Positions 41,275-51,413 are shown, numbered from the stretch's first letter. The stretch: 64,000 nt of DNA from Bacilli bacterium (GCA_050953065.1 JBMNLZ010000003.1:192001-256000); one strand, 5' to 3'. Numbers and translations are program-made. Notes: generated from the letters alone by a model not told the origin.

Positions 41275-41898
41275 CTATAAGGGACTATATACTATCCTAA
41301 TATCATCAATATTCAAATCATATAAAGTAAATGTACCACCTGTAAAATCGAACCTAAAAGTAATTACACTATCTCTACTAAATACAGTACCATTTACACC
41401 TGTTGTATAAAAATAAGATAAATCAAATTCAGTATAACTAAATGTTTTAGGAATTGTTTGGTTATCTATCAAAGTTACTGTAGTAATACCGTTGATAGTG
41501 GCAGTCAAGGTTAATTTAGGACTACCCAAACCATATTTTGATTGACCATAATAAAAAGAAATAAAATTAGCTCCTTTATAGCTATCTACCGAAGCCAAAG
41601 ATGAATTACGTTTCATTCTTAAGCTTCTCGTATCATTGTAGTTATCCAAAAAACTATTCCCATATGTTGAATTTGTTATCGACCACACTTTACCATCTAA
41701 ATTAACATTTCCTGTTCCGCCAGTATAATTTTCAAAACCTGTTAAATAAACACCTCTCCAATCGCCAATTGGAATTGTTTCATTTTGTAAAGTGCTTAAA
41801 TTGTCAAAATAAGCATAACTGACAGAAATAGTAATAAAAAATGTTAATATTGACATTATCCATATCATATATATTGGTATAATTTCAATTTTTTTCAC
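41275..41898 (-). CDS. SipW-type signal-peptide protein, class B (beta-sandwich/lectin-like, adhesin candidate)
   Basis: Leader ending SYA-YFD; GFENYTGG and LNIDDI; intact paralog of the pseudogene. Confidence 0.7.
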   Translation of the reverse strand: MKKIEIIPIYMIWIMSILTFFITISVSYAYFDNLSTLQNETIPIGDWRGVYLTGFENYTGGTGNVNLDGKVWSITNSTYGNSFLDNYNDTRSLRMKRNSSLASVDSYKGANFISFYYGQSKYGLGSPKLTLTATINGITTVTLIDNQTIPKTFSYTEFDLSYFYTTGVNGTVFSRDSVITFRFDFTGGTFTLYDLNIDDIRIVYSPL

Positions 41899-41941
41899 AA
41901 TTTTCCACCTCTAGTAGCAGTAGGGTCACGCTATTTTTGCA

Positions 41942-42045
41942 AAATAAAAACTACCATAAAAATATTTTTTATGGTAGCTGGCTATCTTACATATAAGACC
42001 CTGTAGTTTTCCGTCACTAAATCACTCTAGTTTTGGCTTTTTCAT
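41942..42045 (-). ncRNA. c-di-GMP-I riboswitch copy 2 with terminator (aptamer 41971-42045)
   Basis: 105/106 identical to copy 1; begins 27 nt after the stop of 42073-42555. Confidence 0.9.
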
Positions 42046-42072
42046 ATATTTTGCTAATTCTTTACTAACTTT

Positions 42073-42555
42073 TTATTCAGGTATCGTTGCAGTAAATGTC
42101 AACACGAAACTAATTGTTTGATTTTTTAAAGCATTTGCTGCTTCTTGACTATCTGGATCATTTATTGATACCGTAACTATTACTTCTGCTGTAGTTGCGT
42201 TAATCTTAGTAGGAGCATCAATCAAAACATTTACAAGAGATGCATAAGTAGTCTCTCCACCAATTTTAATCTCACTTGCTACTACTTCAAAATCTAAGTC
42301 TACTGATGTTGCACTAGTTAACTCTACATCATAACTCATCACAACTTCTTTGACATCTCCTGGTTTTAAAACTGCGTTTGTTGGAATTAATGTTCCACTT
42401 GGTTCTACCTTAACTGTAACATCTAATGCTACATCATCACCAAGTATAACTGATGCGCTTCTAGTTGCACGTAGTTTATCCCAGTAAGCTGATGTCATAG
42501 TTGCTACTACAAATAATATAACAAATATGAAAAACGATATGATTTTTTTAAACAT
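42073..42555 (-). CDS. SipW-type signal-peptide protein, class A
   Basis: Leader ending TSA-YWD; TLIP, DVKEVVMSYDV, ISFVLTFTA; own promoter TTGACA-17-TAAAAT at 42602-42630. Confidence 0.7.
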   Translation of the reverse strand: MFKKIISFFIFVILFVVATMTSAYWDKLRATRSASVILGDDVALDVTVKVEPSGTLIPTNAVLKPGDVKEVVMSYDVELTSATSVDLDFEVVASEIKIGGETTYASLVNVLIDAPTKINATTAEVIVTVSINDPDSQEAANALKNQTISFVLTFTATIPE

Positions 42556-42655
42556 CTCTCTTACCTACTTTCTTATTAGTTTTTTACCAATAAGCATAAT
42601 AATTTTATGTTATAAACAATCCCTTGTCAATATGTTTTTCATAAAAGTTAATTTT

Positions 42656-43150
42656 TTATACTGCAGAAAGTTTTACAGTGAATTTAATTGGTTTATTTAC
42701 AACACTTTCATATTCTAAATAATCCTTTGGTTCACTTAAAGTTACTTTCACAGTAACTTGTGCATTTAATTTATTAGCTATTTCCCTAACTTTTATAATT
42801 TCAAAATTAACTAAACTACCTAATTCTAAAGATTCACCAATCATAACGTTGATAGCCTCAACATTTAGTTCTACTTCTTTTACGGTTTTAGAGTTTAATT
42901 TTACATTATACTGTAAAATCACTTCTTTTACATCGTTATCTTTAGCAATGGCTGTTATAGGGATTAAAGTTTTATCTGGACAACTAAGAACTTCTACAAC
43001 TTCAATTGAATCGTTTTCACCTAATCTTAAATAAAGGCTTTCAGCTTTAGTTGTGCTTCTCCAAAATAATATACCTAAAGCGATATTAAAACATAAATAT
43101 ATAAGTAATAAAACTATAAACAATTTTTTACGTCTTATTATTCTACGCAT
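42656..43150 (-). CDS. Class A paralog lacking the AY[FW] cleavage motif (possible membrane-retained anchor)
   Basis: TLIP, NDVKEVILQYNV, VTLSEP, IKFTVKLSA; leader ends GILFWR. Confidence 0.65.
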   Translation of the reverse strand: MRRIIRRKKLFIVLLLIYLCFNIALGILFWRSTTKAESLYLRLGENDSIEVVEVLSCPDKTLIPITAIAKDNDVKEVILQYNVKLNSKTVKEVELNVEAINVMIGESLELGSLVNFEIIKVREIANKLNAQVTVKVTLSEPKDYLEYESVVNKPIKFTVKLSAV

Positions 43151-43230
43151 AATATTAGCCTTTATCCTCCTTCTTAAAAAACTTTTTCTTTAAATTATAA
43201 AGAAATCCAATGAACGCTTTTTAAAAATAG

Positions 43231-43333
43231 AATAAAAAAGCGCCATAAAAACTTTATGGCAGCTGGCTATCTTATACTTAAGACCCTATAGTTTTCCGTC
43301 ACTAGATCACTCTAGTTTTGGCACTTTTACACA
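43231..43333 (-). ncRNA. c-di-GMP-I riboswitch copy 3 with terminator (aptamer about 43256-43333)
   Basis: GCCAAAACTAGA-GTGA-TCTAGTGACGGAAAACTATAGGGTCTTAAG...AAGATAGCCAGCTGCC then GCCATAAA/TTTATGGC + T-run; promoter TTGACA-17-TATACT at 43339-43367. Confidence 0.9.
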
Positions 43334-43442
43334 CTTTTAGTATAACAAACTAATTTAATTTTGTCAATACATATGATTAAAAAAATTTTTTAATATTTTT
43401 TTAAAAAAAACTCCTAAAATATATAATTTTAGGAGTATATTT

Positions 43443-45527
43443 TTAACGATTTGTAATGATATCCCACAAACATCTAAAGCTATCGCTTGAAATAACTGGT
43501 GCAATAATTAAAGAAATAATAGACATTAACTTAATTAAAATATCCATGGCAGGGCCTGCTGTATCTTTGAAAGGATCTCCTACTGTATCTCCAGTTACAG
43601 CTGCTTTATACGTTTCACTATCTTTTCCACCGTAATTTCCTTCTTCAATATATTTCTTAGCATTGTCCCAAGCACCACCAGCATTAGCCATGAATACAGC
43701 TAACATAATAGCACTAACAAGTCCACCAACTAAAATTCCACCAAGTCCAGCTGGACCGATTAATAAGCCACCCACAATTGGAGATGCAATTGCAATAATG
43801 CCAGGAATAATCATTTCTTTTAATGCAGCTTTTGTTGAAATATCAACACATCTTGCATAATCAGGTTTACTAGTACCTTCCATAATACCAGGATCTTCTC
43901 TAAATTGAAGACGAACTTCTTCAATCATTTGATTAGCTGCCTTACCAACTGATTTAATAGTAAGCGATGAGAATAGATAAGGTAACATAGAACCCACTAA
44001 TACACCTGAAATTACTTCAGGAGCAATTAAGTTAATTGCATCAAGTTTTGTTGCTGCTGCATATGCTACAAACAAAGCAACTGATGTTAAAGTTGCAGAC
44101 CCTATACAGAAACCTTTTCCAATAGCAGCTGTAGTGTTACCAACTGAATCAAGTTTATCTGTAATTGCTCTAACGCTTTTATCTAAATTTGCCATTTCAG
44201 CAATTCCACCAGCATTATCAGAAATTGGTCCATAACCATCAACACTAATAGTAATTCCTGCAGTTGAAAGCATACCAACAGCAGCTAAACCTATTCCATA
44301 TAAACCAAATGCAAAATACGCAATAATAATACCTAATACTAATACTGCAATAGTTAAAGCAGTTGATTGCATTCCACTACCAAATCCTGCGATTATGTTA
44401 GTAGCATGACCAGTCTGAGATTGCTTCGCAACCTCTTTTACTTGTTTATAATCACTTGATGTATACCATTCAGCAATTCTACCAACCATTACACCTGCAA
44501 ACAATCCTGCAAAAACTGCTAAAAACGCACCAAATGTTTTCAAATATAATAAACTTAATAAAAGTGAGCCCAACAATACTATTCCAGTTGCAACATAAGT
44601 TGAAATTGATAAAGTGATTTGAGGGTTTTTCCATTCACGCATTCTAATAAAAATAACACTTAACAAAGCAGCAATAACTCCAATTGCAGCTATCATTAGT
44701 GGGAATAAAATATATTTAATACTTGCTTCCATTGTTGCTGCATAAATTGAACCAAGTGCTACAGCAGAAATAATAGCTCCAACATATGATTCACATAAAT
44801 CACTACCCATTCCAGCAACATCCCCAACATTATCTCCAACATTATCAGCAATAACTGCAGGGTTTCTTGGGTCATCTTCTGGAATTCCAGCTTCAACTTT
44901 ACCAACTAAATCCGCTCCAACATCGGCAGCTTTTGTATAAATACCACCACCAACACGAGCAAATAAAGCTATTGTTGAACAACCAAGTCCATATCCACTA
45001 ATAACATGAACTGCCACTTTTAATTCAAAAATTCCATAAAACATAAGGAATAATGCTGCAAGACCTAACAATCCTAATCCTACTACTACTAATCCTACTA
45101 CTGAACCACCACTAAAAGCAACCTTTAAAGCAGAAGACATTCCACCAGTTTGTGCTGCATGAGTAGTTCTAGAGTTAGCTCTAATTGCTGCTTGCATTCC
45201 AACAAAGCCTGCAAGCCCAGAGAATAATGCTCCAACTAAGAAACAAATAGTTGATTGCCATCCAACTCCTTCAGCATTTTCAAGTCCAGGTATAAACCCA
45301 ACTCCTGTAAGCAATAACCCAATTATAATAAATATAGGGATCATAACCTTATATTCTCTTTTTAAGAAAGCCATAGCTCCCTCTTGAATATAATTACCAA
45401 TTTCTACTACTCTTTCATTTTCTACTTTAATAGCAACAACCTTCTTGTATAAATTAATTACGTATACAAGTGTAGTAAGCGTAGCTGCAATTACCAAAGC
45501 CAAAATAATAATTGTTGATGTACTCAT
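43443..45527 (-). CDS. hppA: Membrane-bound ion-translocating pyrophosphatase (K+-dependent type)
   Basis: DVGADLVGKVE, EDDPRN, DNVGDNVGD, GNTTAAIGKG (Ala signature), GDTVGDPFKD. Confidence 0.96.
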   Translation of the reverse strand: MSTSTIIILALVIAATLTTLVYVINLYKKVVAIKVENERVVEIGNYIQEGAMAFLKREYKVMIPIFIIIGLLLTGVGFIPGLENAEGVGWQSTICFLVGALFSGLAGFVGMQAAIRANSRTTHAAQTGGMSSALKVAFSGGSVVGLVVVGLGLLGLAALFLMFYGIFELKVAVHVISGYGLGCSTIALFARVGGGIYTKAADVGADLVGKVEAGIPEDDPRNPAVIADNVGDNVGDVAGMGSDLCESYVGAIISAVALGSIYAATMEASIKYILFPLMIAAIGVIAALLSVIFIRMREWKNPQITLSISTYVATGIVLLGSLLLSLLYLKTFGAFLAVFAGLFAGVMVGRIAEWYTSSDYKQVKEVAKQSQTGHATNIIAGFGSGMQSTALTIAVLVLGIIIAYFAFGLYGIGLAAVGMLSTAGITISVDGYGPISDNAGGIAEMANLDKSVRAITDKLDSVGNTTAAIGKGFCIGSATLTSVALFVAYAAATKLDAINLIAPEVISGVLVGSMLPYLFSSLTIKSVGKAANQMIEEVRLQFREDPGIMEGTSKPDYARCVDISTKAALKEMIIPGIIAIASPIVGGLLIGPAGLGGILVGGLVSAIMLAVFMANAGGAWDNAKKYIEEGNYGGKDSETYKAAVTGDTVGDPFKDTAGPAMDILIKLMSIISLIIAPVISSDSFRCLWDIITNR

Positions 45528-45609
45528 ATTTTTTATCACTCCTTAATATATTTTTTTTGCACACACTTTTAACATTATAGCATAATATTTTTAAAAGACA
45601 AATTATTTT

Positions 45610-46029
45610 TTATAAAAATGTATTATCAATTGTTTCAACTTTCTTTTCTTTTAAAATTTCTAATGCTTTTTCTAATTTATCAACCTTTACTAGAATAATT
45701 GCTTTATCAGCCTTTATTCCTAAAGTATATAAATAACTAATAAAGATATTTCCTTCTTCAAAAATTTTTAAAATCTTAGCAAGCCCACCTGGTTTATCAT
45801 CAACACGAAGTCCTAATAAATCATTATTAGATACAATAAAACCTGCTTTTTCTAAAACTTCTTGAGCTAACTCGTTATCATAAGTTAAAAGTCTTACAAC
45901 TCCGTAATCATCAGCATCAGCTACAGATATCGCAGCCATATTGATATTATTTTCAGCTAAAATCTTACACATCTCACTCAATCTTCCAGTTCTGTTTTCT
46001 AAAAAAACAGCTATTTGATTTATAATCAT
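45610..46029 (-). CDS. Tandem ACT-domain protein
   Basis: QIAVFLENRTGRL, DKPGGL; typical partner of paaK. Confidence 0.9.
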   Translation of the reverse strand: MIINQIAVFLENRTGRLSEMCKILAENNINMAAISVADADDYGVVRLLTYDNELAQEVLEKAGFIVSNNDLLGLRVDDKPGGLAKILKIFEEGNIFISYLYTLGIKADKAIILVKVDKLEKALEILKEKKVETIDNTFL

Positions 46030-46042
46030 TTATTTCCTCCTA

Positions 46043-47347
46043 CTATAACTTTCTTCTATCAGTTACTCTATTAATTTTTCCTTCACTACGAGGTAGTGAA
46101 TTAGGTGATACTAAAGTAATCTTAGCCCTTAAACCTAACATAGATTGCATATTAAATTCAATTTGTTTTCTAACTTGTTCAATCTTAGAGATTTCATCTG
46201 AAAATAAATTAGGACTCATTTCAATTTGAATTTCTAAAACATCTAAATTATTTATTCTATCAACAATAATATGATAGTGTGGTTCTACTTTACCACTAGC
46301 ATCTACAATCACAGCCTCTATTTGAGATGGGAATACATTAGCACCTCTTATAATTAACATATCATCATTTCTACCAAATACTTTTTCCATACGAACAAAA
46401 GTTCTACCACACTGACAAACTTCATAGTTTAATTTAGTGATATCTCTTGTTCTATATCTAATTAATGGAATTCCTTCTTTTGAAAGAGTTGTAAAGACCA
46501 ACTCACCAGTTTCACCTTGTTTTAATGGTTGAAGTGTATCTCCGTCAATAATTTCAGGATAAAAATAGTCTTCATTAATATGCATACCATCTTTATAAAC
46601 ACAATCACTTGATACTCCAGGGCCAGTAATTTCTGAAAGTCCGTAAATATCATAAGCATCTATTCCAAAACTTTTTTCAATACTTTCACGCATTTCTTTA
46701 GTCCAAGGTTCGGCTCCAAAAACTCCAATCTTTAAATGAGGTAATTTAAGATTATTTTTTTTAATTTCATCTGCTAAATGAATCGCATATGATGGTGTGC
46801 AACATAAAACATCTGCTTCAAAATCATTCATTAAAGTTAATTGTCTTTGAGTATTTCCACTTGAAGCTGGTACTACAGTTGCACCTATTTTTTCAATTCC
46901 ATAGTGAAGACCTAACCCGCCTGTAAAAAGCCCGTAACCAAAAGCAACATGAACAGTAGATAAGTTAGTTACTCCCATAGCAATTAGGCTTCTTGCTACC
47001 ATTTCAGTCCAAATATCAATATCTCTTTGAGTATATCCAACTACAGTTAGTTTTCCTGTTGTTCCACTTGATGCATGTATTCTAACAATATTTTTCTTAT
47101 CAGTAGCAAACATTCCAAAAGGATAATTATCTCTTAAATCCTGTTTTGTTGTTAAAGGAAGTTTAACAATATCATCAATGCTTTTGATATCTTCTGGTTT
47201 TATTCCAACTGCATCCATTTTTGCTCGATACATTGGAACTCTTTCATAAACTCTTTTTACAACTTCTTTTAAACGTTCACCTTGTAATGCTTTAAGCTCA
47301 TTTCGCGGCATGCACTCTATTTTTTTATCATAATAATTAACTTTCAT
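46043..47347 (-). CDS. paaK: Phenylacetate--CoA ligase
   Basis: HASSGTTG, GYGLFTGGLG, GAEPW, YGLSE, RYRTRD, GRNDDM. Confidence 0.94.
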   Translation of the reverse strand: MKVNYYDKKIECMPRNELKALQGERLKEVVKRVYERVPMYRAKMDAVGIKPEDIKSIDDIVKLPLTTKQDLRDNYPFGMFATDKKNIVRIHASSGTTGKLTVVGYTQRDIDIWTEMVARSLIAMGVTNLSTVHVAFGYGLFTGGLGLHYGIEKIGATVVPASSGNTQRQLTLMNDFEADVLCCTPSYAIHLADEIKKNNLKLPHLKIGVFGAEPWTKEMRESIEKSFGIDAYDIYGLSEITGPGVSSDCVYKDGMHINEDYFYPEIIDGDTLQPLKQGETGELVFTTLSKEGIPLIRYRTRDITKLNYEVCQCGRTFVRMEKVFGRNDDMLIIRGANVFPSQIEAVIVDASGKVEPHYHIIVDRINNLDVLEIQIEMSPNLFSDEISKIEQVRKQIEFNMQSMLGLRAKITLVSPNSLPRSEGKINRVTDRRKL

Positions 47348-47349
47348 AT

Positions 47350-47925
47350 TTATTCCTCTGTCTTAATAGCTTTAATTCCAGCTTCATATGCTTTTAAATT
47401 ATCTTCTAAATATTTACTAGGGATTACCTCTTTTAAAGCTTCAATAAATTTTTCTTGATTAAAGCCAAGCAAGAAACTTGCAGCCCCCAACATCACAACA
47501 TTAACAGTTTTTATATTTCCTATACCTTTCGCGATTTTATCCGCATCAATAAAATACTTTTTATAATCTGTATTTTCTAAATCTTTTAAAACATCAGGAT
47601 AATTTAGTATTCCACTTGCAACTGAAAGCGGAAAAATCTTTTGAGTATTAGCAAGCAATATTTTCCCCTTTTTTAAGAAATTAACCGCTCTTTTTGCTTC
47701 TAGTAATTCAAAGGCTAGAATCATATCAGCCTCACCATATGAAATTATAGGAGAGTATACTTTAGGAGCAATTCTAACATGTGTTACAACATTACCACCC
47801 CTTTGACTCATTCCATGAATTTCACTTAACTTACAATCTTCGCCAATTAAACTAGCATATGCTCCTAATACTTTAGAAGCAAGAATTGTTCCTTGACCAC
47901 CAACTCCAACAATTAATATATTCAT
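47350..47925 (-). CDS. iorB: Indolepyruvate:ferredoxin oxidoreductase subunit beta
   Basis: GVGGQG, EIHGMSQRGG, NVVMLG. Confidence 0.93.
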   Translation of the reverse strand: MNILIVGVGGQGTILASKVLGAYASLIGEDCKLSEIHGMSQRGGNVVTHVRIAPKVYSPIISYGEADMILAFELLEAKRAVNFLKKGKILLANTQKIFPLSVASGILNYPDVLKDLENTDYKKYFIDADKIAKGIGNIKTVNVVMLGAASFLLGFNQEKFIEALKEVIPSKYLEDNLKAYEAGIKAIKTEE

Positions 47926-49634
47926 GCATTTTCACCTTTAATACAATTAAATGGACATACCTTAGCACAAACTCCGCAGTCTACACAAAGCATTTGATCA
48001 ATAAATGCTTTGCCATCTTTTTTGATAATAGCAGGACAGCCTATTTTAAAACAAGCCATACAACTCTTACAATCTTCTACTACCATTGTACCCTTTTTTT
48101 GTTTACTTAACATTACACATGGTCTTTTAGCGATTATTACAGAAACTTCCTTTTGTTTTAATTCGGTTTTAACAACTTCTTCCACTTCTTTAATATTATA
48201 AGCGTCAACTGTAAAAACTCTTTTTACACCACACCCTTTTACTAAAGCTACTAAATCAAGTTTGTTTGTTGGTTGATTTTGTAAAGTTTTTCCAGTGGCA
48301 GGATTGTCTTGATGTCCTGTCATACCTGTTGTGTCGTTATCTAGAATGATTAAAGTAATATTAGCATTATTATAAACTGCATTAATTAATCCAGTTATTC
48401 CGTTATGAATAAAAGTAGAGTCTCCTATAACACTAACTACATTTTCACTATTAGAAGTCGCTTTAACAAAGCCATGAGCCATACCTAGTGCTGCTCCCAT
48501 ACAAATCATTGTATCCATTGCAGCTAAAGGTTCAGATGCTGCTAAAGTATAGCAACCCACATCTCCAATTACTCTTAATTTTAATTTTTTTAAAACATAG
48601 AATACTCCTCTATGAGGACAACCTGCACACAAAATTGGAGGCCTCGCTGGAAGTTTTTCTTGTATTGGTGCTTCTTCTTTTAAAAAGCGTTGTTTAATAG
48701 TTGATGCTAGAATTTCTCCTTGAACAGAAAAAACATTTCTTCCATCACAGTCTATCCCTAAAGCTTTAACTTCCTTTTCAATGTAGGGTTCATTTTCTTC
48801 TATTACTAATATTTTATCAACTTGTTTGGCAAACTCTTTTATCTTTTCTGTTGGTAATGGATATACCAACCCTAATTTTAAAACAGATGCATTAGGTAAA
48901 GTCTCTTTTACATGTTGATAAATAACTCCAGCACAAATCACCCCTAGTGATTTATCATTAATTTCTACTTTATTAATTGAAAAATTATTACACGCTTCTT
49001 TTAATTTGTTTTCTCTAGCCTCTACTGCAATATGACGAAGTCTAGCAGTAGCAGGATACATTACATATTTAGAAACATTTTTAACATATTCTTTTAATGG
49101 TAATTCAACTCTTTCGCCTAATTCTACAAAACTTTGAGAATGAGATACTCTTGTAGTTGTTCTAACAATCACAGGAGTATCATATTCTTCTGATAGTTCT
49201 AAAGCAATTTTTACATAATCTTTTGCTTCTTGAGAATCAGATACCTCTAAGACAGGCACATGAGCCATAGCACCATATAATCTTGTATCTTGTTCGTTTT
49301 GAGAAGAATGCATTCCAGGATCATCTGCTACTACAATTACAAGTCCCGCATTAACTCCACTATATGAAGCACTAAATAAAGCATCGCTTGCTACGTTTAA
49401 TCCCACATGTTTCATACAAACCATACTTCTAGCACCAGCAATTGATGCACCAAGTGCTACTTCTAGAGCAACCTTTTCATTTGGAGCCCATTCTGCATAT
49501 ACATCATTATATTTCGCAAATTCTTCAGCAATTTCAGTTGAAGGCGTACCAGGGTAAGCTGATAAGACTCTAACTCCAGCCTCATACGCACCTCTTGCAA
49601 TTGCTTTATTTGCAAGCATTAATTCTTTTTTCAT
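47922..49634 (-). CDS. iorA: Indolepyruvate:ferredoxin oxidoreductase subunit alpha
   Basis: YPGTPSTE, KHVGLNVA, CAGCPH, GDSTF-HNG; two C-terminal 4Fe-4S motifs. Confidence 0.95.
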   Translation of the reverse strand: MKKELMLANKAIARGAYEAGVRVLSAYPGTPSTEIAEEFAKYNDVYAEWAPNEKVALEVALGASIAGARSMVCMKHVGLNVASDALFSASYSGVNAGLVIVVADDPGMHSSQNEQDTRLYGAMAHVPVLEVSDSQEAKDYVKIALELSEEYDTPVIVRTTTRVSHSQSFVELGERVELPLKEYVKNVSKYVMYPATARLRHIAVEARENKLKEACNNFSINKVEINDKSLGVICAGVIYQHVKETLPNASVLKLGLVYPLPTEKIKEFAKQVDKILVIEENEPYIEKEVKALGIDCDGRNVFSVQGEILASTIKQRFLKEEAPIQEKLPARPPILCAGCPHRGVFYVLKKLKLRVIGDVGCYTLAASEPLAAMDTMICMGAALGMAHGFVKATSNSENVVSVIGDSTFIHNGITGLINAVYNNANITLIILDNDTTGMTGHQDNPATGKTLQNQPTNKLDLVALVKGCGVKRVFTVDAYNIKEVEEVVKTELKQKEVSVIIAKRPCVMLSKQKKGTMVVEDCKSCMACFKIGCPAIIKKDGKAFIDQMLCVDCGVCAKVCPFNCIKGENA

Positions 49635-49643
49635 ATTTTACTC

Positions 49644-50843
49644 CTATTTGTTAACTAACTTAGTAAAGTAATCACCAATTACTTTAATTCCTTTTTCAAT
49701 TTCTTCTAAACTTGCATTAGAAAAATTAAGTCTCATTGAATTAGTAAATCTATCTCCAGCAAAGAAATCATCACCTGGTAAATAAACAACATCTATAGAT
49801 ATTAATTTTTCAAAATGTTCTCTTGTATTAATTTTTAAAGCTAAATCAAATTCACCCCAAATAAATAGTCCACCATCTGGGTCTACAAAACTAAATCCTT
49901 TTGGCATATAGTGCTTTAACGCTTCAACCATTTTATTTTTCTTTTCTTTATATATAGGGACTATTGTTTTTAGATGATTTTCTAAAATATCATCTTTTAA
50001 AAATTCTGTTACTATTGCTTGAGATAAAGTTGATGTTTGAACATCAGTTGTTTGTTTAGCAATCGCAAACTTAGCAACTAGTTCTTTACTTGCAACCAAA
50101 GCACCACACCTTAAACTAGGTGCAATTATTTTAGAAAAACTTGTAATATAAACTATTAAACCTTTAGTATCTAATCTTTTTAAACTCTGAATATAGTCTT
50201 CCTTATAACTAATCATTGAATAAGGATCATCTTCTAAAACATGTAAATCATATTTATTAATGATTTCAATAATTCTTTTTCTGTTTTCTAAAGAATAAGT
50301 TTTTCCTGATGGATTAGAAAAAGTAGGTACACAATATAAAAACTTAGGATTATATTTCTTTATCTTTTTTTCTAAATCATCTAAATCAAGTCCATCAGAG
50401 TTTGAATTAACTCCAATTGGCACCCCTTCATATATTCTCATAATTTGTAAGGCTGCTAAATAAGTTGGGTCTTCTACTAATATAACATCGCCAGGATTAA
50501 TAAATGTTTTACACATAAAATCAATTCCTTGCTGTCCACCAGAAATTATTAAGATTTCAGATAAATCTAAATTTTTTAACCCCTTATATTTATCAAGAAA
50601 AATCTGAAGTTCTTTTTTAAAAGGCACATACCCTTCACTTGGACCATATTGTAAAATGTCTTCTGCATTAGCAGTTGATAAAACTTTATCAGCTAAAGTT
50701 TTAATTGTATTAACTGGTAATGTAGATTTAGTTGGAAATCCTCCAGCAAAAGAAATAATTTCAGGTCTTGTCAACATACTAAAAATCTTTCTTACTGAAT
50801 TTCCTTGAGCATCTCTCATCCGATTACTTAATTTTTCTCTCAT
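49644..50843 (-). CDS. PLP-dependent aminotransferase (LysN/aromatic, class I/II)
   Basis: ISFAGG, QYG, GGQQG, PTFSNP, EDDPY, SFSKIIAP-LR. Confidence 0.92.
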   Translation of the reverse strand: MREKLSNRMRDAQGNSVRKIFSMLTRPEIISFAGGFPTKSTLPVNTIKTLADKVLSTANAEDILQYGPSEGYVPFKKELQIFLDKYKGLKNLDLSEILIISGGQQGIDFMCKTFINPGDVILVEDPTYLAALQIMRIYEGVPIGVNSNSDGLDLDDLEKKIKKYNPKFLYCVPTFSNPSGKTYSLENRKRIIEIINKYDLHVLEDDPYSMISYKEDYIQSLKRLDTKGLIVYITSFSKIIAPSLRCGALVASKELVAKFAIAKQTTDVQTSTLSQAIVTEFLKDDILENHLKTIVPIYKEKKNKMVEALKHYMPKGFSFVDPDGGLFIWGEFDLALKINTREHFEKLISIDVVYLPGDDFFAGDRFTNSMRLNFSNASLEEIEKGIKVIGDYFTKLVNK

Positions 50844-50846
50844 AAT

Positions 50847-51413
50847 TTACTCCTTATAAAATTTCTCTTCATAATCTATTGTTAGGTTAAATAAAGCTTT
50901 TTTAATTAATGGACTAACTAACCCCGCTAAAATAATCTTTATTATATCAAACCAAATAAATGGGACTACACATAATATCAATGCTTCTTTTAGACTAACC
51001 ATCATCACAAAAGAAAACCAAAGACTTCCTAATAAATAACAAACTACTAGTGCTATAAACATTCCAACAAAGTTAAACAAATATCTAAATTTTTTAATTT
51101 GAGAAAAAAGCCCTATGATTAAAACCATTAAAGGATAAGCAAAAATGTATCCACCAGTTGGTCCTGCCAAAACTGAAACCCCGCCCCTAAACATCGCAAA
51201 GACTGGAAGACCAAGTGCGCCCAAAATAATATATAAACTAACCGAAACTAACGATATCTTTAATGGTAAAACAATTGAAACTATAAAGATCACTAGAAGT
51301 GATAATGTAAAAGGAATTGGTGGAGTTGGAATACTAATCTGAGCAAAAATACACATAAGCGCTGTATAAATTGAAACTTGTGCTATAAAATTTATCTGAC
51401 TTTTTTTCCTCAT
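50847..51413 (-). CDS. bioY: Biotin ECF transporter substrate component
   Basis: PIPFTL, YIILGALGLPVFA, GPTGGYI, PFIWFDIIK; likely start MRKK at 51413. Confidence 0.92.
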   Translation of the reverse strand: MRKKSQINFIAQVSIYTALMCIFAQISIPTPPIPFTLSLLVIFIVSIVLPLKISLVSVSLYIILGALGLPVFAMFRGGVSVLAGPTGGYIFAYPLMVLIIGLFSQIKKFRYLFNFVGMFIALVVCYLLGSLWFSFVMMVSLKEALILCVVPFIWFDIIKIILAGLVSPLIKKALFNLTIDYEEKFYKE

